Origin: Candidatus Hydrothermarchaeum profundi
Lineage (GTDB): Archaea; Hydrothermarchaeota; Hydrothermarchaeia; Hydrothermarchaeales; Hydrothermarchaeaceae
DNA length: 64,000 nucleotides
NCBI GenBank assembly: GCA_002011125.2
Contig: MTMF02000009.1
Location: 224,001 to 288,000, forward strand
Direction of reading: 5' to 3'
Shown here piece after piece: positions 1-9,266 of the stretch. Every line of letters starts with the position of its first letter. Positions within the stretch are counted from its first letter, which is position 1. Below the pieces are notes generated by a model. It was not told the origin of the DNA. It ran no database searches and was given only the letters and a program-made list of their open reading frames with translations. A program made the translations under genes and the position numbers.

Positions 1-1
1 C

Positions 2-1759
2 CAAGTTGGGGCAATTCCTTTTCCCCTCTTTCTTCATCTCTCCTATAAACTCTAATGCAGTGCCTATTGGAGTCACCAAGTGCTCTACGGCGATTTCTAA
101 TGCTTGACATAGGTCGTCTATATGTTCCCAAGTTTCATTAAGAAGCTCTGGGGGCATTCCCCTGCGTCGCCCTATTTTAGCTTGTATTCCTAAAAAGTTT
201 GCGAGAGCCATACTTTTTAATCTGAAAATGTATGGGATTTCTAAATACTCTACTCTCGCTTTATTACCGTCCCTTATAACTCTCAAAGGTACTAGAGTTT
301 TATTGTACTCGTCGCTATTTATTAATGCAGAATTAGGATATGCCATCAGGACATCGCTAAAACTAAAAATAGGCAATACAGGATAATTGATAGACCCCTT
401 GATGATATCAGAAACTAATAATAGCTCCTCTGAAACTTCAGATAGCGCATTTTTAGCCTTTGGTCTAGTAGTAATAATAAAAACACCGGGAATTATCCCC
501 TCCCGTAGACACATCGAAATAATCTCTTTAGATTTTTTAATATAGTTCAGCTCGCAGCCATCAGAGGTTTTCTTAAAATATTTAATTTTTGATAGAACAA
601 AACTTTCAACGCCTATCTGCAGTTTCCTGAAGTTTGCTTCCTTAAATTTCTTTAACAATGCATAATCGATGCTTTCCACTCTAACCATGGCGCCAAAAAT
701 AAGTTTATCGCTTAATCCATGCAATCTTATCTTATCCAACAAGTTCTCTACCCATCTTCGATTCTGGACAAAGTGATCATCCTCGAAGGTAATCCTTGTT
801 AAACCATTTTCAGCTGCCTTCTCTATTACATTAAGGACCTTGCCTACAGGATATCTCCTACCGGGTAGATTGCTAACACTGCAGTAAGAGCATTTTCCCC
901 AGTTGCATCCTCTTTGCACATAAAGGCTTAAACCATCCCATTTTCTTTTTTTTATTTCGTCCCATGGGAAATCCAATGGGAGGTCTTCCATCTCACTTCT
1001 TGAAGGATATGTATATAAATTCCGAGAAAATTCTTTATATCCTATTGGAAACTCCTCTTTATTTTCTTCCTCCCACGCTCTCTTGGATTCCTCATAAGCC
1101 TCCTCCGAATCTACTTTCAAAATATGCTTTCCATTCCTTGAATTAACGATTACACCACTAAGAGGAAACGAAATCTCTATGCCTTTAATTTTTCTTTTTA
1201 TATGGATATTTTTAAGACAATCTGCCTGCTTCTCAGTTATAGGACTCTTATACTGCGCAGAGCTTATAAGTTCTATTAACTCTTCGCCTAGAAAATCCAC
1301 GTCTTTTCTAGCAAATTTCAAGCTCTCTTCCAAAGGCACTTTAAGTTCTTCATTTTCCGGGGCTCTTTTTAGATATTCAAGGATAAGGGGAAAAACTAAG
1401 TCTCCTTCCCCTTCTACCACGACATCAATTCCTACCGCATTCGATAAGGGTATGGCATTATCTTCGACGCCATGTCCTCCAACGACAACAACTACTCGGG
1501 GATCAACCTCCTTAACCTTTATTACTGTTATAAGGTTCTCTTTAAGTTCTATAGAGCTTAATATCGAGACAGCAACTACATCGTAGTTTCTACTCGCTAC
1601 CTTTTCTAATAACTCCTCCTTATCTATAGAAAAATCAACCTCATGGCCTACATTTTTCAATAGTTGGACAAACTGCAGGATCGTTGGAGCTTCATCCCGG
1701 TTATACTTACTATAATCGAGATAGAAAGCTATCTTTTTTGGAGAGGTCGTTTTTAGCAT
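2..1759 (-). CDS. B12-binding-domain radical SAM protein (3' end outside the window)
   Basis: Not in the ORF track because it runs off the left edge. Read manually from ATG 1759: MLKTTSPKKIAFYLD...YDVVAVS...VVVVGGHG (B12-binding Rossmann-like region), later VQRGCNWGKCSYCS (radical SAM Cys motif). I did not check every codon of the frame. Confidence 0.8.
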   Translation of the reverse strand, partial: MLKTTSPKKIAFYLDYSKYNRDEAPTILQFVQLLKNVGHEVDFSIDKEELLEKVASRNYDVVAVSILSSIELKENLITVIKVKEVDPRVVVVVGGHGVEDNAIPLSNAVGIDVVVEGEGDLVFPLILEYLKRAPENEELKVPLEESLKFARKDVDFLGEELIELISSAQYKSPITEKQADCLKNIHIKRKIKGIEISFPLSGVIVNSRNGKHILKVDSEEAYEESKRAWEEENKEEFPIGYKEFSRNLYTYPSRSEMEDLPLDFPWDEIKKRKWDGLSLYVQRGCNWGKCSYCSVSNLPGRRYPVGKVLNVIEKAAENGLTRITFEDDHFVQNRRWVENLLDKIRLHGLSDKLIFGAMVRVESIDYALLKKFKEANFRKLQIGVESFVLSKIKYFKKTSDGCELNYIKKSKEIISMCLREGIIPGVFIITTRPKAKNALSEVSEELLLVSDIIKGSINYPVLPIFSFSDVLMAYPNSALINSDEYNKTLVPLRVIRDGNKARVEYLEIPYIFRLKSMALANFLGIQAKIGRRRGMPPELLNETWEHIDDLCQALEIAVEHLVTPIGTALEFIGEMKKEGKRNCPNL

Positions 1760-1817
1760 TTTAACTAGTATCTCACCTACAACTAAAAAACTATTTGTAT
1801 TCATCTAATATTTTTTC

Positions 1818-2432
1818 ATGGACTTTGAAAAACTAAAGGAAGAGGTTGCTAAAAAAATGAATGCGCCTGGCCATGATTTCCTACATGTTGTAAGAGTTTA
1901 TAATCTTGCAAAAAAGATTGGAAGGAATGAGAACTGCGATATGGACATTCTACTAGCTGCTTCTCTACTGCATGACATAGGCAGAGGAGAAGGTGTAGAG
2001 CATTCTAAAAAATCTGTCGAAATCGCTGGAGAGATATTGAGAAAGATCGACTTTCCTGAAGAAAAAATAAGAGACGTACTGTACGCAATTAGCCTGCATA
2101 GATATCGGGATGGGATTACTCCTCATACGCTGGAGGGAAAGATTCTACAAGATGCAGATAGATTGGATGCTATAGGGGCTATTGGGATTATAAGATGTTT
2201 CACTTATGGTGGGGCCCATGGTAGGATGGACTACCATCCAGAGGATCCATTCTTTGAGACGCCTAGGAGACTTGAAGGCGACCGGTATTCGTTAGACCAT
2301 TTCTACGATAAATTATTCAAGCTTAAAAATACTCTACATACAGAAATGGCCCGCAAAATAGCAGAAGGTAGGTATGAGTTTATGCGGGAATTTCTCAGAA
2401 GATTGAAAGACGAGATAGACAGCCAAAGCTAA
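1818..2432 (+). CDS. HD-domain phosphohydrolase
   Basis: HDFLH...LLHDIG...HRY...QDADRLDAIGAIG motifs. Confidence 0.85.
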   Translation: MDFEKLKEEVAKKMNAPGHDFLHVVRVYNLAKKIGRNENCDMDILLAASLLHDIGRGEGVEHSKKSVEIAGEILRKIDFPEEKIRDVLYAISLHRYRDGITPHTLEGKILQDADRLDAIGAIGIIRCFTYGGAHGRMDYHPEDPFFETPRRLEGDRYSLDHFYDKLFKLKNTLHTEMARKIAEGRYEFMREFLRRLKDEIDSQS

Positions 2433-3349
2433 ATTGTACTTCGTTGCCTTATTTGTTTACTAAGTTTTGCTGCCTCACTAAGGATCTCCATTATTTCTTC
2501 ATCAGAAATGCCTCTCCTTATTGGTCCTAAGAGATCGAACACGTATCTATCATCGTCGATCATAAAAAATCTCAATTTGCCATCAGCCGTTATACGTAGC
2601 AGTTTACATCTGAGACCACTGCATTCATCTGGATCTTGGACTGCCTTACAAGTAACGATTTGAGAATTACCTACATGGTATACCATTCTATCATATTTAG
2701 ATCGCCTGACCTCAAGACTGTCAGCTCTTTTTTCTAGATATTTTTCAAGCTCACTTATCGGATAATAGTTGTCTCCATAGAACTCTTTGTTTTCCCTTGT
2801 TTCTATAAGCTCGATGAACTGTATATTGCAACCAACATCATTGGCAAAGACTATAATATCATCGATCTCATCTAAATTCTTTTCTTTCAACACCAAAGTG
2901 TTTATCTCAACGGGTATTCCTATAGATACAGCCTTCTTAATTCCCTCTAATACCTCTTCCAAGGTATCCTGTCCACCTATAGAGGCGTAGACTTCCTTCC
3001 TAAGAGTATCAAGGCTTACATTTATCCTATCCAAATAAATATCAGGATTCTCCTCAAGGAATTTCTTTAAAAAAACACCATTCGTTGTAATTGACAGTAC
3101 CGAGATTTTTTTTAATTCTGAAAGTTTCCTCAATATCTCGGCTATATCCTTTCTTAAGAGAGGCTCTCCCCCTGTGATCTTTATTTTTCTTACGCCAATT
3201 CCAGTAGCTATATTGGCAATCCTTGCAATCTCATCGGGAGTAAACCTCTCACGACTAACCGTCTCCCGGTACCCCTCCTTATGGCAATAAATGCATTTTA
3301 GATTACAATCGGGGGTAACTGATATTCTTAAGCTTCCTATCAAGTTCAT
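2429..3349 (-). CDS. moaA: MoaA-like GTP 3',8-cyclase (atypical C-terminal cluster motif)
   Basis: LRISVTPDCNLKCIYCH, KITGGEPLLRKD, TTNG, INVSLDTL, RITADGKL. Confidence 0.75.
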   Translation of the reverse strand: MNLIGSLRISVTPDCNLKCIYCHKEGYRETVSRERFTPDEIARIANIATGIGVRKIKITGGEPLLRKDIAEILRKLSELKKISVLSITTNGVFLKKFLEENPDIYLDRINVSLDTLRKEVYASIGGQDTLEEVLEGIKKAVSIGIPVEINTLVLKEKNLDEIDDIIVFANDVGCNIQFIELIETRENKEFYGDNYYPISELEKYLEKRADSLEVRRSKYDRMVYHVGNSQIVTCKAVQDPDECSGLRCKLLRITADGKLRFFMIDDDRYVFDLLGPIRRGISDEEIMEILSEAAKLSKQIRQRSTI

Positions 3350-3357
3350 ATCTCGAA

Positions 3358-4452
3358 TTAAAACGTTTTTGGACTGGAAGGGAGATAAGGATAATCCTCC
3401 TTAATCATTTCCTCCTCCCTGACCAGATGGAAATTTTCCTTCAACATATTTTTTTCAGGAACACTCATGCAAAGCTTGGATATGCTACTGTAGTCTAATT
3501 GCTCTGCAGCTTTAATCATCGCTTCAACCTGAGTATAATCGTGCTCAATTATGGTTTTGGTAATCAAACCCAGGCCTCTATAAAAGTCCATGGCTACAAT
3601 TCCCTCTCTGTATTCCCTCTTTATGTCTTCATCGAAATTGTACTTATCTGCAATTTTTGATTTAAGCTCCTCGTTTACCAGGTCATCACAAAAATAGGGG
3701 ACCCACTGTGCCATATGCTTAGTGATATGTTCCCTCTGTAGCTTTAAATACTGAAGGGCCAGTTCTTTGTCTCCCCTCTTCCATGCCTTAAGCTCGTCGT
3801 CACACAGCCTAAACATAAATTCTATCTCGATTTTTATATCGTCAGGAGGATCATTTCCAAATCTCAGGGCAACATTATAAGATGCCATCCTGTAGAGGTC
3901 TTTAACTTCCTGGGTGGAATCCCCCATTGTCTGCTTTTCACTAAGATAAATGCTTTCATAACAGCAAACCCACGGCATTAGTCCATCGTAGAACACCATT
4001 AAATACTCTCCAGAGAGATCATCGGCTAGCTTTTTGACTTTTGCGCCTCTAAACCTCTCAACAAACTTAGAGATGAGATTTAGTCCTTCCTCTACCCGAC
4101 TATCATTATAAATGCTGCATGCATCTCTTATTTTCTCAGAAAAGGTTCCACTCAGTATATCCTTTACAAGCTCTAAAGAGGGATCAGTAAAGCTCCTGAA
4201 TAATTGAAAATATATTTCCCTCCTTTTTTTTAAAAGCTTTACATATTCTTCCGGAGAATTCGGAATTTGTGGAACATGAGAAAAGTTAGGTTCCCTTCCC
4301 CGAATCAAATCATGCCATTCATCTTCATCGCTTACCAACATTGACTTAACCCAAAAAAGATAGCCATGTTTTTTATTCAATTTTTCCCATTTTTTACGCA
4401 GATCTGGATCTAACCAAGCTTTCACTTTTACTGTGCTTCTATCCTTTTTCAT
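3358..4452 (-). CDS. TorD/DmsD-family maturation chaperone with N-terminal extension
   Basis: YESIY...PPDDIKIEIEFM...EHITKHMAQWVPYFC resembles the TorD/DmsD motifs; lies in a molybdoenzyme operon. Confidence 0.7.
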   Translation of the reverse strand: MKKDRSTVKVKAWLDPDLRKKWEKLNKKHGYLFWVKSMLVSDEDEWHDLIRGREPNFSHVPQIPNSPEEYVKLLKKRREIYFQLFRSFTDPSLELVKDILSGTFSEKIRDACSIYNDSRVEEGLNLISKFVERFRGAKVKKLADDLSGEYLMVFYDGLMPWVCCYESIYLSEKQTMGDSTQEVKDLYRMASYNVALRFGNDPPDDIKIEIEFMFRLCDDELKAWKRGDKELALQYLKLQREHITKHMAQWVPYFCDDLVNEELKSKIADKYNFDEDIKREYREGIVAMDFYRGLGLITKTIIEHDYTQVEAMIKAAEQLDYSSISKLCMSVPEKNMLKENFHLVREEEMIKEDYPYLPSSPKTF

Positions 4453-4482
4453 CTCAAATCCTCCAAAAGAAAATCATTATAT

Positions 4483-4629
4483 TTAAAACCGTGGTTTCCG
4501 TGGACCATGAGTCACAGGTTTAACCAATTTGTTAATACTTCTCCTGCCGCACTCAGGGCACCCGTAGGTTTCCCACTCTTCTTTAACAAATCTGGTGCCA
4601 CATCCACTACAACTATACCAGACAGACAC
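4483..4629 (-). CDS. 48-aa zinc-ribbon/rubredoxin-like small protein (FmdB-like)
   Basis: Below the ORF-track cutoff. GTG start behind GGAGGTGAG; MSVWYSCSGCGTRFVKEEWETYGCPECGRRSINKLVKPVTHGPRKPRF contains CxxC...CPxCG. Confidence 0.75.
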   Translation of the reverse strand: MSVWYSCSGCGTRFVKEEWETYGCPECGRRSINKLVKPVTHGPRKPRF

Positions 4630-4635
4630 CCACGC

Positions 4636-5475
4636 TCACCTCCTAACCTTTTTAACCCGGCTTAAGGCAGGCCTCCATCCCTTTTCCAATATAGGCACAG
4701 GGAAATCTTTAGGAATAGCGTAGAACACGTGGCCTATTCTCTCGATAATTCTCACCTTAGCCATCTCGCCAATATAGTTTTTCAAGTCTTCAAAGCGTCC
4801 AAATACCATACAACTCGTAGCACATTTCGTGGAACAAGCCGACCACATGCCATTATATTCAATTCTGGTGATAGGTTTCCTTTCTGCGAGTTTCTTTCCA
4901 GACAGTGGATTACCCTCCTCATCTACCAAGCGTCCTTTTTTGTCCCTTTTTATTCTGCCAATTTCATCATAAACTACGCTGTGAAGTTTGCCACCCCCCT
5001 CCAGAACATACCTGTAAATGTGTTTAATTTCCTCCTCGGTATAAGTCTTAGTGTAATCGACCCTTCTCATGCAAAAATCGCACTTAAAGACCCTCCCATA
5101 TCTACTATCCCATTGCATAGCCCCAAAGGGGCATGCCTGCATACAACGCTTACATCCTATACAAGCAGGGGTATCCACATATACGATCCCATCTTTGGTT
5201 CTTCTCTTAACTGCATTCGTAGGACATGCTTCGAGACAAGGAGCAGGGTCACAGTGATAACAAAGCATTGGAATATAAAGCGTCTTAATCCTACCGTTAG
5301 ATCTCACAGGTCCTACTTGCATCACCCGAATCCATCTTGGTCCCATGGGTATATCATTCTCAAGCTTACAGTGTACCTCGCAACTAAAACAGCCTATGCA
5401 TTTTTTTAAATCAATAAACATTACAATGTCATTTGATGAAAGTTCTTTTTGGGGGGCCTCTGCCATTAATTCCAT
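4636..5475 (-). CDS. DmsB/NrfC-type 4x[4Fe-4S] subunit, copy 2 (large insertion before the last Cys pair)
   Basis: CIGCFSCEVHC, CYHCDPAPCLEACP, CIGCKRCMQACP, CDFC...ACSTKC. Confidence 0.85.
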   Translation of the reverse strand: MELMAEAPQKELSSNDIVMFIDLKKCIGCFSCEVHCKLENDIPMGPRWIRVMQVGPVRSNGRIKTLYIPMLCYHCDPAPCLEACPTNAVKRRTKDGIVYVDTPACIGCKRCMQACPFGAMQWDSRYGRVFKCDFCMRRVDYTKTYTEEEIKHIYRYVLEGGGKLHSVVYDEIGRIKRDKKGRLVDEEGNPLSGKKLAERKPITRIEYNGMWSACSTKCATSCMVFGRFEDLKNYIGEMAKVRIIERIGHVFYAIPKDFPVPILEKGWRPALSRVKKVRR

Positions 5476-5477
5476 TT

Positions 5478-5753
5478 TTATTTCTCCTTTACCTTAGGTT
5501 TCAATTTTTCATATGGAATGATCTCACGTTTTTCCGGATATGCCCATGAAGGGCTGATAAGAGTATTTTCTTCATCTCTTGCAAAGAAAGCACTTCCAAG
5601 TCTCCAAGCATTTTCCTCTCTTATAACCGTAGTTGCATATTTCCATTGTTTTCCCGGCTTCAAAATTATTTTCTGTAATTCCCTCTGTACCATGCCCATT
5701 ACTTCAATTTTAGTACCGGGTATAAACCTAGAGGAAGATTTTTTTCTAGGCAT
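5478..5753 (-). CDS. 91-aa protein homologous to the C-terminal tail of the upstream Fe-S subunit
   Basis: IREENAWRLGSAFFARDEENTLISPSWAYPEKREIIP aligns with FREWTARKLASVFLGGMGNDTLVCPAWAFPEKNFFIP of 5826..6629. Confidence 0.75.
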   Translation of the reverse strand: MPRKKSSSRFIPGTKIEVMGMVQRELQKIILKPGKQWKYATTVIREENAWRLGSAFFARDEENTLISPSWAYPEKREIIPYEKLKPKVKEK

Positions 5754-5774
5754 TTAGACTCACATCAAACTTAA

Positions 5775-5813
5775 AATAAAAAATAAATAGGAAGAAGAGT
5801 TTCTTCCCATTTT
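5775..5813 (-). terminator. Hairpin plus U-rich tract inside the molybdoenzyme cluster
   Basis: Minus strand GGAAGAA-ACTC-TTCTTCC followed by TATTTATTTTTTATTTT, just after the stop at 5826. Confidence 0.45.
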
Positions 5814-5825
5814 CAGTTAAGCAAC

Positions 5826-6629
5826 CTATTTTTTAGCCTCGACCTTAAGCTTCACTGCAGGTGTGATTTTTGTTACCTTCTCAACTAAAGCTCCAGGTTT
5901 CCTCCTTATCCTTGGGATAAAGAAATTCTTCTCAGGAAACGCCCACGCTGGACAAACAAGCGTATCATTTCCCATGCCGCCTAGAAACACTGAGGCCAGC
6001 TTTCTCGCCGTCCATTCCCTAAAGTACGTCATGATATCATCAGGGTTACCAACATAGATACAGTGCGTAGCACATTTCGTAGCGCATGCCGGCTGCAAAC
6101 CACGATCTATTCTGTCTATGCAATAGTCGCATTTTATAACCTTATTAGTCCTGCTATCCCACTGCATAGCCCCAAAGGGGCATGCCTGCATACAACGCTT
6201 ACATCCAATGCATTTCTCACTATCCACGTACACTATACCATCCTTAGCTCTTTTAATAAGAGCTCCAGTAGGGCAGGATTCCACACAAGCTGCATGACCG
6301 CACATGAAGCAATTCATTGGATAATAGATTGTCTTAAGATGTCTTCCTACTCTCTTAGGTCCTATCTGCATTACACGCATCCTTCTAGGACCCATTGGAT
6401 CATCGTGTTCAAGTTTACAGTGCGTTTCACAACTGAAGCACCCTATACATCTCCTTAGATCTACGAAAAATGTTATATGATCCGGGATTATACCCCATCT
6501 ATCCGCAGCTTGCACGTTCCAATAGTTCATCGCCTCCTTTCTCTCATTGGCATACCTGCCATTTTCAGGAGCCAGGTTCAACAGCTTATCTTTCAGTGTT
6601 AGTCTTTCAGACTGATTGCTCATTTTCAT
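5826..6629 (-). CDS. DmsB/NrfC-type 4x[4Fe-4S] subunit, copy 1
   Basis: Four Cys groups (CIGCFSCETHC, CFMCGHAACVESCP, CIGCKRCMQACP, CDYC..ACATKC). Start moved to the ATG behind GAGGAGG. Confidence 0.88.
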   Translation of the reverse strand: MKMSNQSERLTLKDKLLNLAPENGRYANERKEAMNYWNVQAADRWGIIPDHITFFVDLRRCIGCFSCETHCKLEHDDPMGPRRMRVMQIGPKRVGRHLKTIYYPMNCFMCGHAACVESCPTGALIKRAKDGIVYVDSEKCIGCKRCMQACPFGAMQWDSRTNKVIKCDYCIDRIDRGLQPACATKCATHCIYVGNPDDIMTYFREWTARKLASVFLGGMGNDTLVCPAWAFPEKNFFIPRIRRKPGALVEKVTKITPAVKLKVEAKK

Positions 6630-6636
6630 CGCCTCC

Positions 6637-9087
6637 TCACTTCGTCTCCCATTTCTCTCTTGGTACGCCCTTATAATATATCGCGGAGCCCTTCTCTGCA
6701 AACCTCATATAATGTCCTATAGTAACCGTGTCATCCTTGTCAGGGGATATATAATGTTCTGGACCTTTGCCTATGCTTTTCAAGAACTCCTTTACTTTCT
6801 CAACAGCATCATCCGGATCTTGGTCAGGGCGGTAAACTCTCACTAGATTGCATTTGTATTGCACTTGAGTATAAAATGGGTCTTTAATTGTGTCGTCTAT
6901 CAGTTCGTTAACGTTTTGATACGGATAAAACGGCTGATATTTGTCAAATCCCTCAGGCATCCAACAAGATGCCTCATCTACCATCTCATTGACCCATGCA
7001 ACAGCGTATACTTTGCCATGGTCATTTTCAGCGATAACTAAATCACCGTCCTTTATCCCCAGCGTCTTCGCTGTGGAAGTATTGATGTTTATTATCATAT
7101 GAGTCTCTAGTTCTGATGTCCACGGCCACCAATGCCCCATTTCATGGAAGTGGGCGACGAGTCTTCCAGTTGTCAAATTTAGTGGATATCTCTCCCATAC
7201 GTCTGGCCTTGACACTGGGGTGCAGCTCGCTTCAATGTGCATTGGAAGCGGATTGAAGCCAAGTTGCTCTAAAGCCTCTGAGTAAAATTCTACTTTACCT
7301 GTAGGAGTTGGGAATCTTTTATCTGTCCCTGGATAGTTTACTCCCTCCTTATACATTATCCACTGAGCGCCTCTGATAGTGGCTTCTGGATCAGAGTACA
7401 TCATGGCCTCGTCCTTTGTCTCTGCCGGCCACATGACTCCTCCCTTCGGGGACTTCTCAGGATCCATACTATCCATCGTAATACCTGCCACAAAGCTCTC
7501 CTGAGAATGGAACCAGTCCTGACAAACACGCTCGTCTATAATTGTCTGCTCTTTATCCTTCCACCAGCTTTTACCATCTGGTGCATAATAGGCCTCGGCG
7601 AACTCAAATCTCTTAGCTAAGCCAGCCCAAAAATCTATATCGGCTCTGCATTCCCAGTTTCTCGGTATAACTTGGTTATGCCACTGGCAATGCCTATTAT
7701 TTCCATGATGCACCACTCCCTCATGCTCTAAGAAGCTTGTTATCGGGAAAGTGGCATGCATCCAGCTTCCAGTCTCATTTGGTGTGAAGGAGATATGCAC
7801 CCCACAATAAAGGTTTTTCATAAACTCCCTTACCTTATTGTTGTTAGGCCATTGGAGTATGTGATTACCATTCCAAATAAGACCTTTTATTGGATATGGC
7901 TTTCCTGTGTATCCGGGATTAATCATGCATGCCGATGCTGTATCCCCCCATGGTATGATTTTATCAGCCAATATGGGCTCCTTTATCTTTTGGATATACG
8001 GCCCTAAGTCTTTACCAGCACTTAACACTGGTCTACAATTATGTAGCCAGTTCCAGCCCCCTCCTTTTACTCCAACATTACCTGTGATAGCCACTAGGAA
8101 CTGATATCCTCTATTAGCTTGGGCTGCAGGATATTGCTGTGCCGTTCCTAAACAGCCTGTGAAGTGAGTCCTGCGTGGATAGGCGATTTTCTCTGCTGCA
8201 AGCCTAATGTCCTCGGCAGGTACCCATGTGATATTTTCTGCTTTCTCAGGCGTATAACCTTTCACGGACTCGGCGAACTTATCGAAGCCCACCGTCCATC
8301 TATCAATAAAATCGTGATCTATCCCATCTATCTCATGTATTAAAACATTCGCCAAAGTTAAAGTGAGATAAGAGTCCGTTGATGGTCTAATTCTTAACGC
8401 TAGATCCGCTTTTGCCATCGAGGCATTAAACCGTGGGTCAACACAAATGTAAAATGCTCCATTCTTATCTTGCGCCTCAAGATACCATTTTTCTGTAATT
8501 ATCTCCAACGCAGCAGCATTAGACCCTGCCTGAAATATTGTATCACTGTTCATAGCATCTTGACAGGGGTTCATGAGCCTTAGAAACTCTTTAGCTCCAA
8601 AAACATACTGACCAATAGCCCCAGGACTCTCGCAACAAAGGGGGCCCTGACCATATACATTCGGTGTACCGTACATTGCAAGAAACCTTGCTCCTCCTAG
8701 CTTATTTCCATAACTGCTTCTACCTGTTCTATGGCATCCAACAGTGTGTGCTCCCCATTTTTCTCTAATATATTTCAGTCTGTCTGCTACAAAATCCAGC
8801 GCTTCATCCCATGTTGCCCTTTTGAATTTTCCATTTACATTGTCCTCCCTAATCGCAGGATATTTATATCGAAGAGGGTTATAGGCATGCTGTATTTGAG
8901 CAGATCCCTTACAACAAAGTGAACCGTAATTTTGTGGATGTTCTTCATCCCCCCAAATGTCAACTATACGATTATCTTTAATGAAAATTTTCATGCCACA
9001 GCCGCTTTCACACATGTTATCGCAAGTCGTGTAACGGATAGTATCATAGTCTCTTATAGATTCCTGCGCCTGTTTTAAAAAAACCAC
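6637..9087 (-). CDS. Cytoplasmic bis-PGD Mo/W oxidoreductase catalytic subunit (DMSO-reductase family, substrate unknown)
   Basis: N-terminal CDNMCESGC...LCCKG Fe-S motif, ATWDEALD, VDPR, FPTPTGKVEF, LTTGR. No twin-arginine signal. Start moved to GTG 9087 behind GGAGGTGA. Confidence 0.88.
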   Translation of the reverse strand: MVFLKQAQESIRDYDTIRYTTCDNMCESGCGMKIFIKDNRIVDIWGDEEHPQNYGSLCCKGSAQIQHAYNPLRYKYPAIREDNVNGKFKRATWDEALDFVADRLKYIREKWGAHTVGCHRTGRSSYGNKLGGARFLAMYGTPNVYGQGPLCCESPGAIGQYVFGAKEFLRLMNPCQDAMNSDTIFQAGSNAAALEIITEKWYLEAQDKNGAFYICVDPRFNASMAKADLALRIRPSTDSYLTLTLANVLIHEIDGIDHDFIDRWTVGFDKFAESVKGYTPEKAENITWVPAEDIRLAAEKIAYPRRTHFTGCLGTAQQYPAAQANRGYQFLVAITGNVGVKGGGWNWLHNCRPVLSAGKDLGPYIQKIKEPILADKIIPWGDTASACMINPGYTGKPYPIKGLIWNGNHILQWPNNNKVREFMKNLYCGVHISFTPNETGSWMHATFPITSFLEHEGVVHHGNNRHCQWHNQVIPRNWECRADIDFWAGLAKRFEFAEAYYAPDGKSWWKDKEQTIIDERVCQDWFHSQESFVAGITMDSMDPEKSPKGGVMWPAETKDEAMMYSDPEATIRGAQWIMYKEGVNYPGTDKRFPTPTGKVEFYSEALEQLGFNPLPMHIEASCTPVSRPDVWERYPLNLTTGRLVAHFHEMGHWWPWTSELETHMIININTSTAKTLGIKDGDLVIAENDHGKVYAVAWVNEMVDEASCWMPEGFDKYQPFYPYQNVNELIDDTIKDPFYTQVQYKCNLVRVYRPDQDPDDAVEKVKEFLKSIGKGPEHYISPDKDDTVTIGHYMRFAEKGSAIYYKGVPREKWETK

Positions 9088-9266
9088 GTTTTCACCTCCA
9101 AGTAGGTATAGATGCACCAGAACTTACAGTGCGATATAGGAAAGAGTAGAAATAATTGTATAAATAACTTTACTCAAATATGGATTTGCTCACATAAATG
9201 CACAACTGTCGATAGATTATTCGAAAAAATAGATAGAGTATAAGTAAGATTAAAATTAAAAAAGAG

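Noticed and set aside
964-1586. Plus-strand ORFs 964..1146 and 1179..1586
   Set aside because: Antisense shadows of the minus-strand B12 radical SAM gene, which the ORF track missed because it runs off the window.
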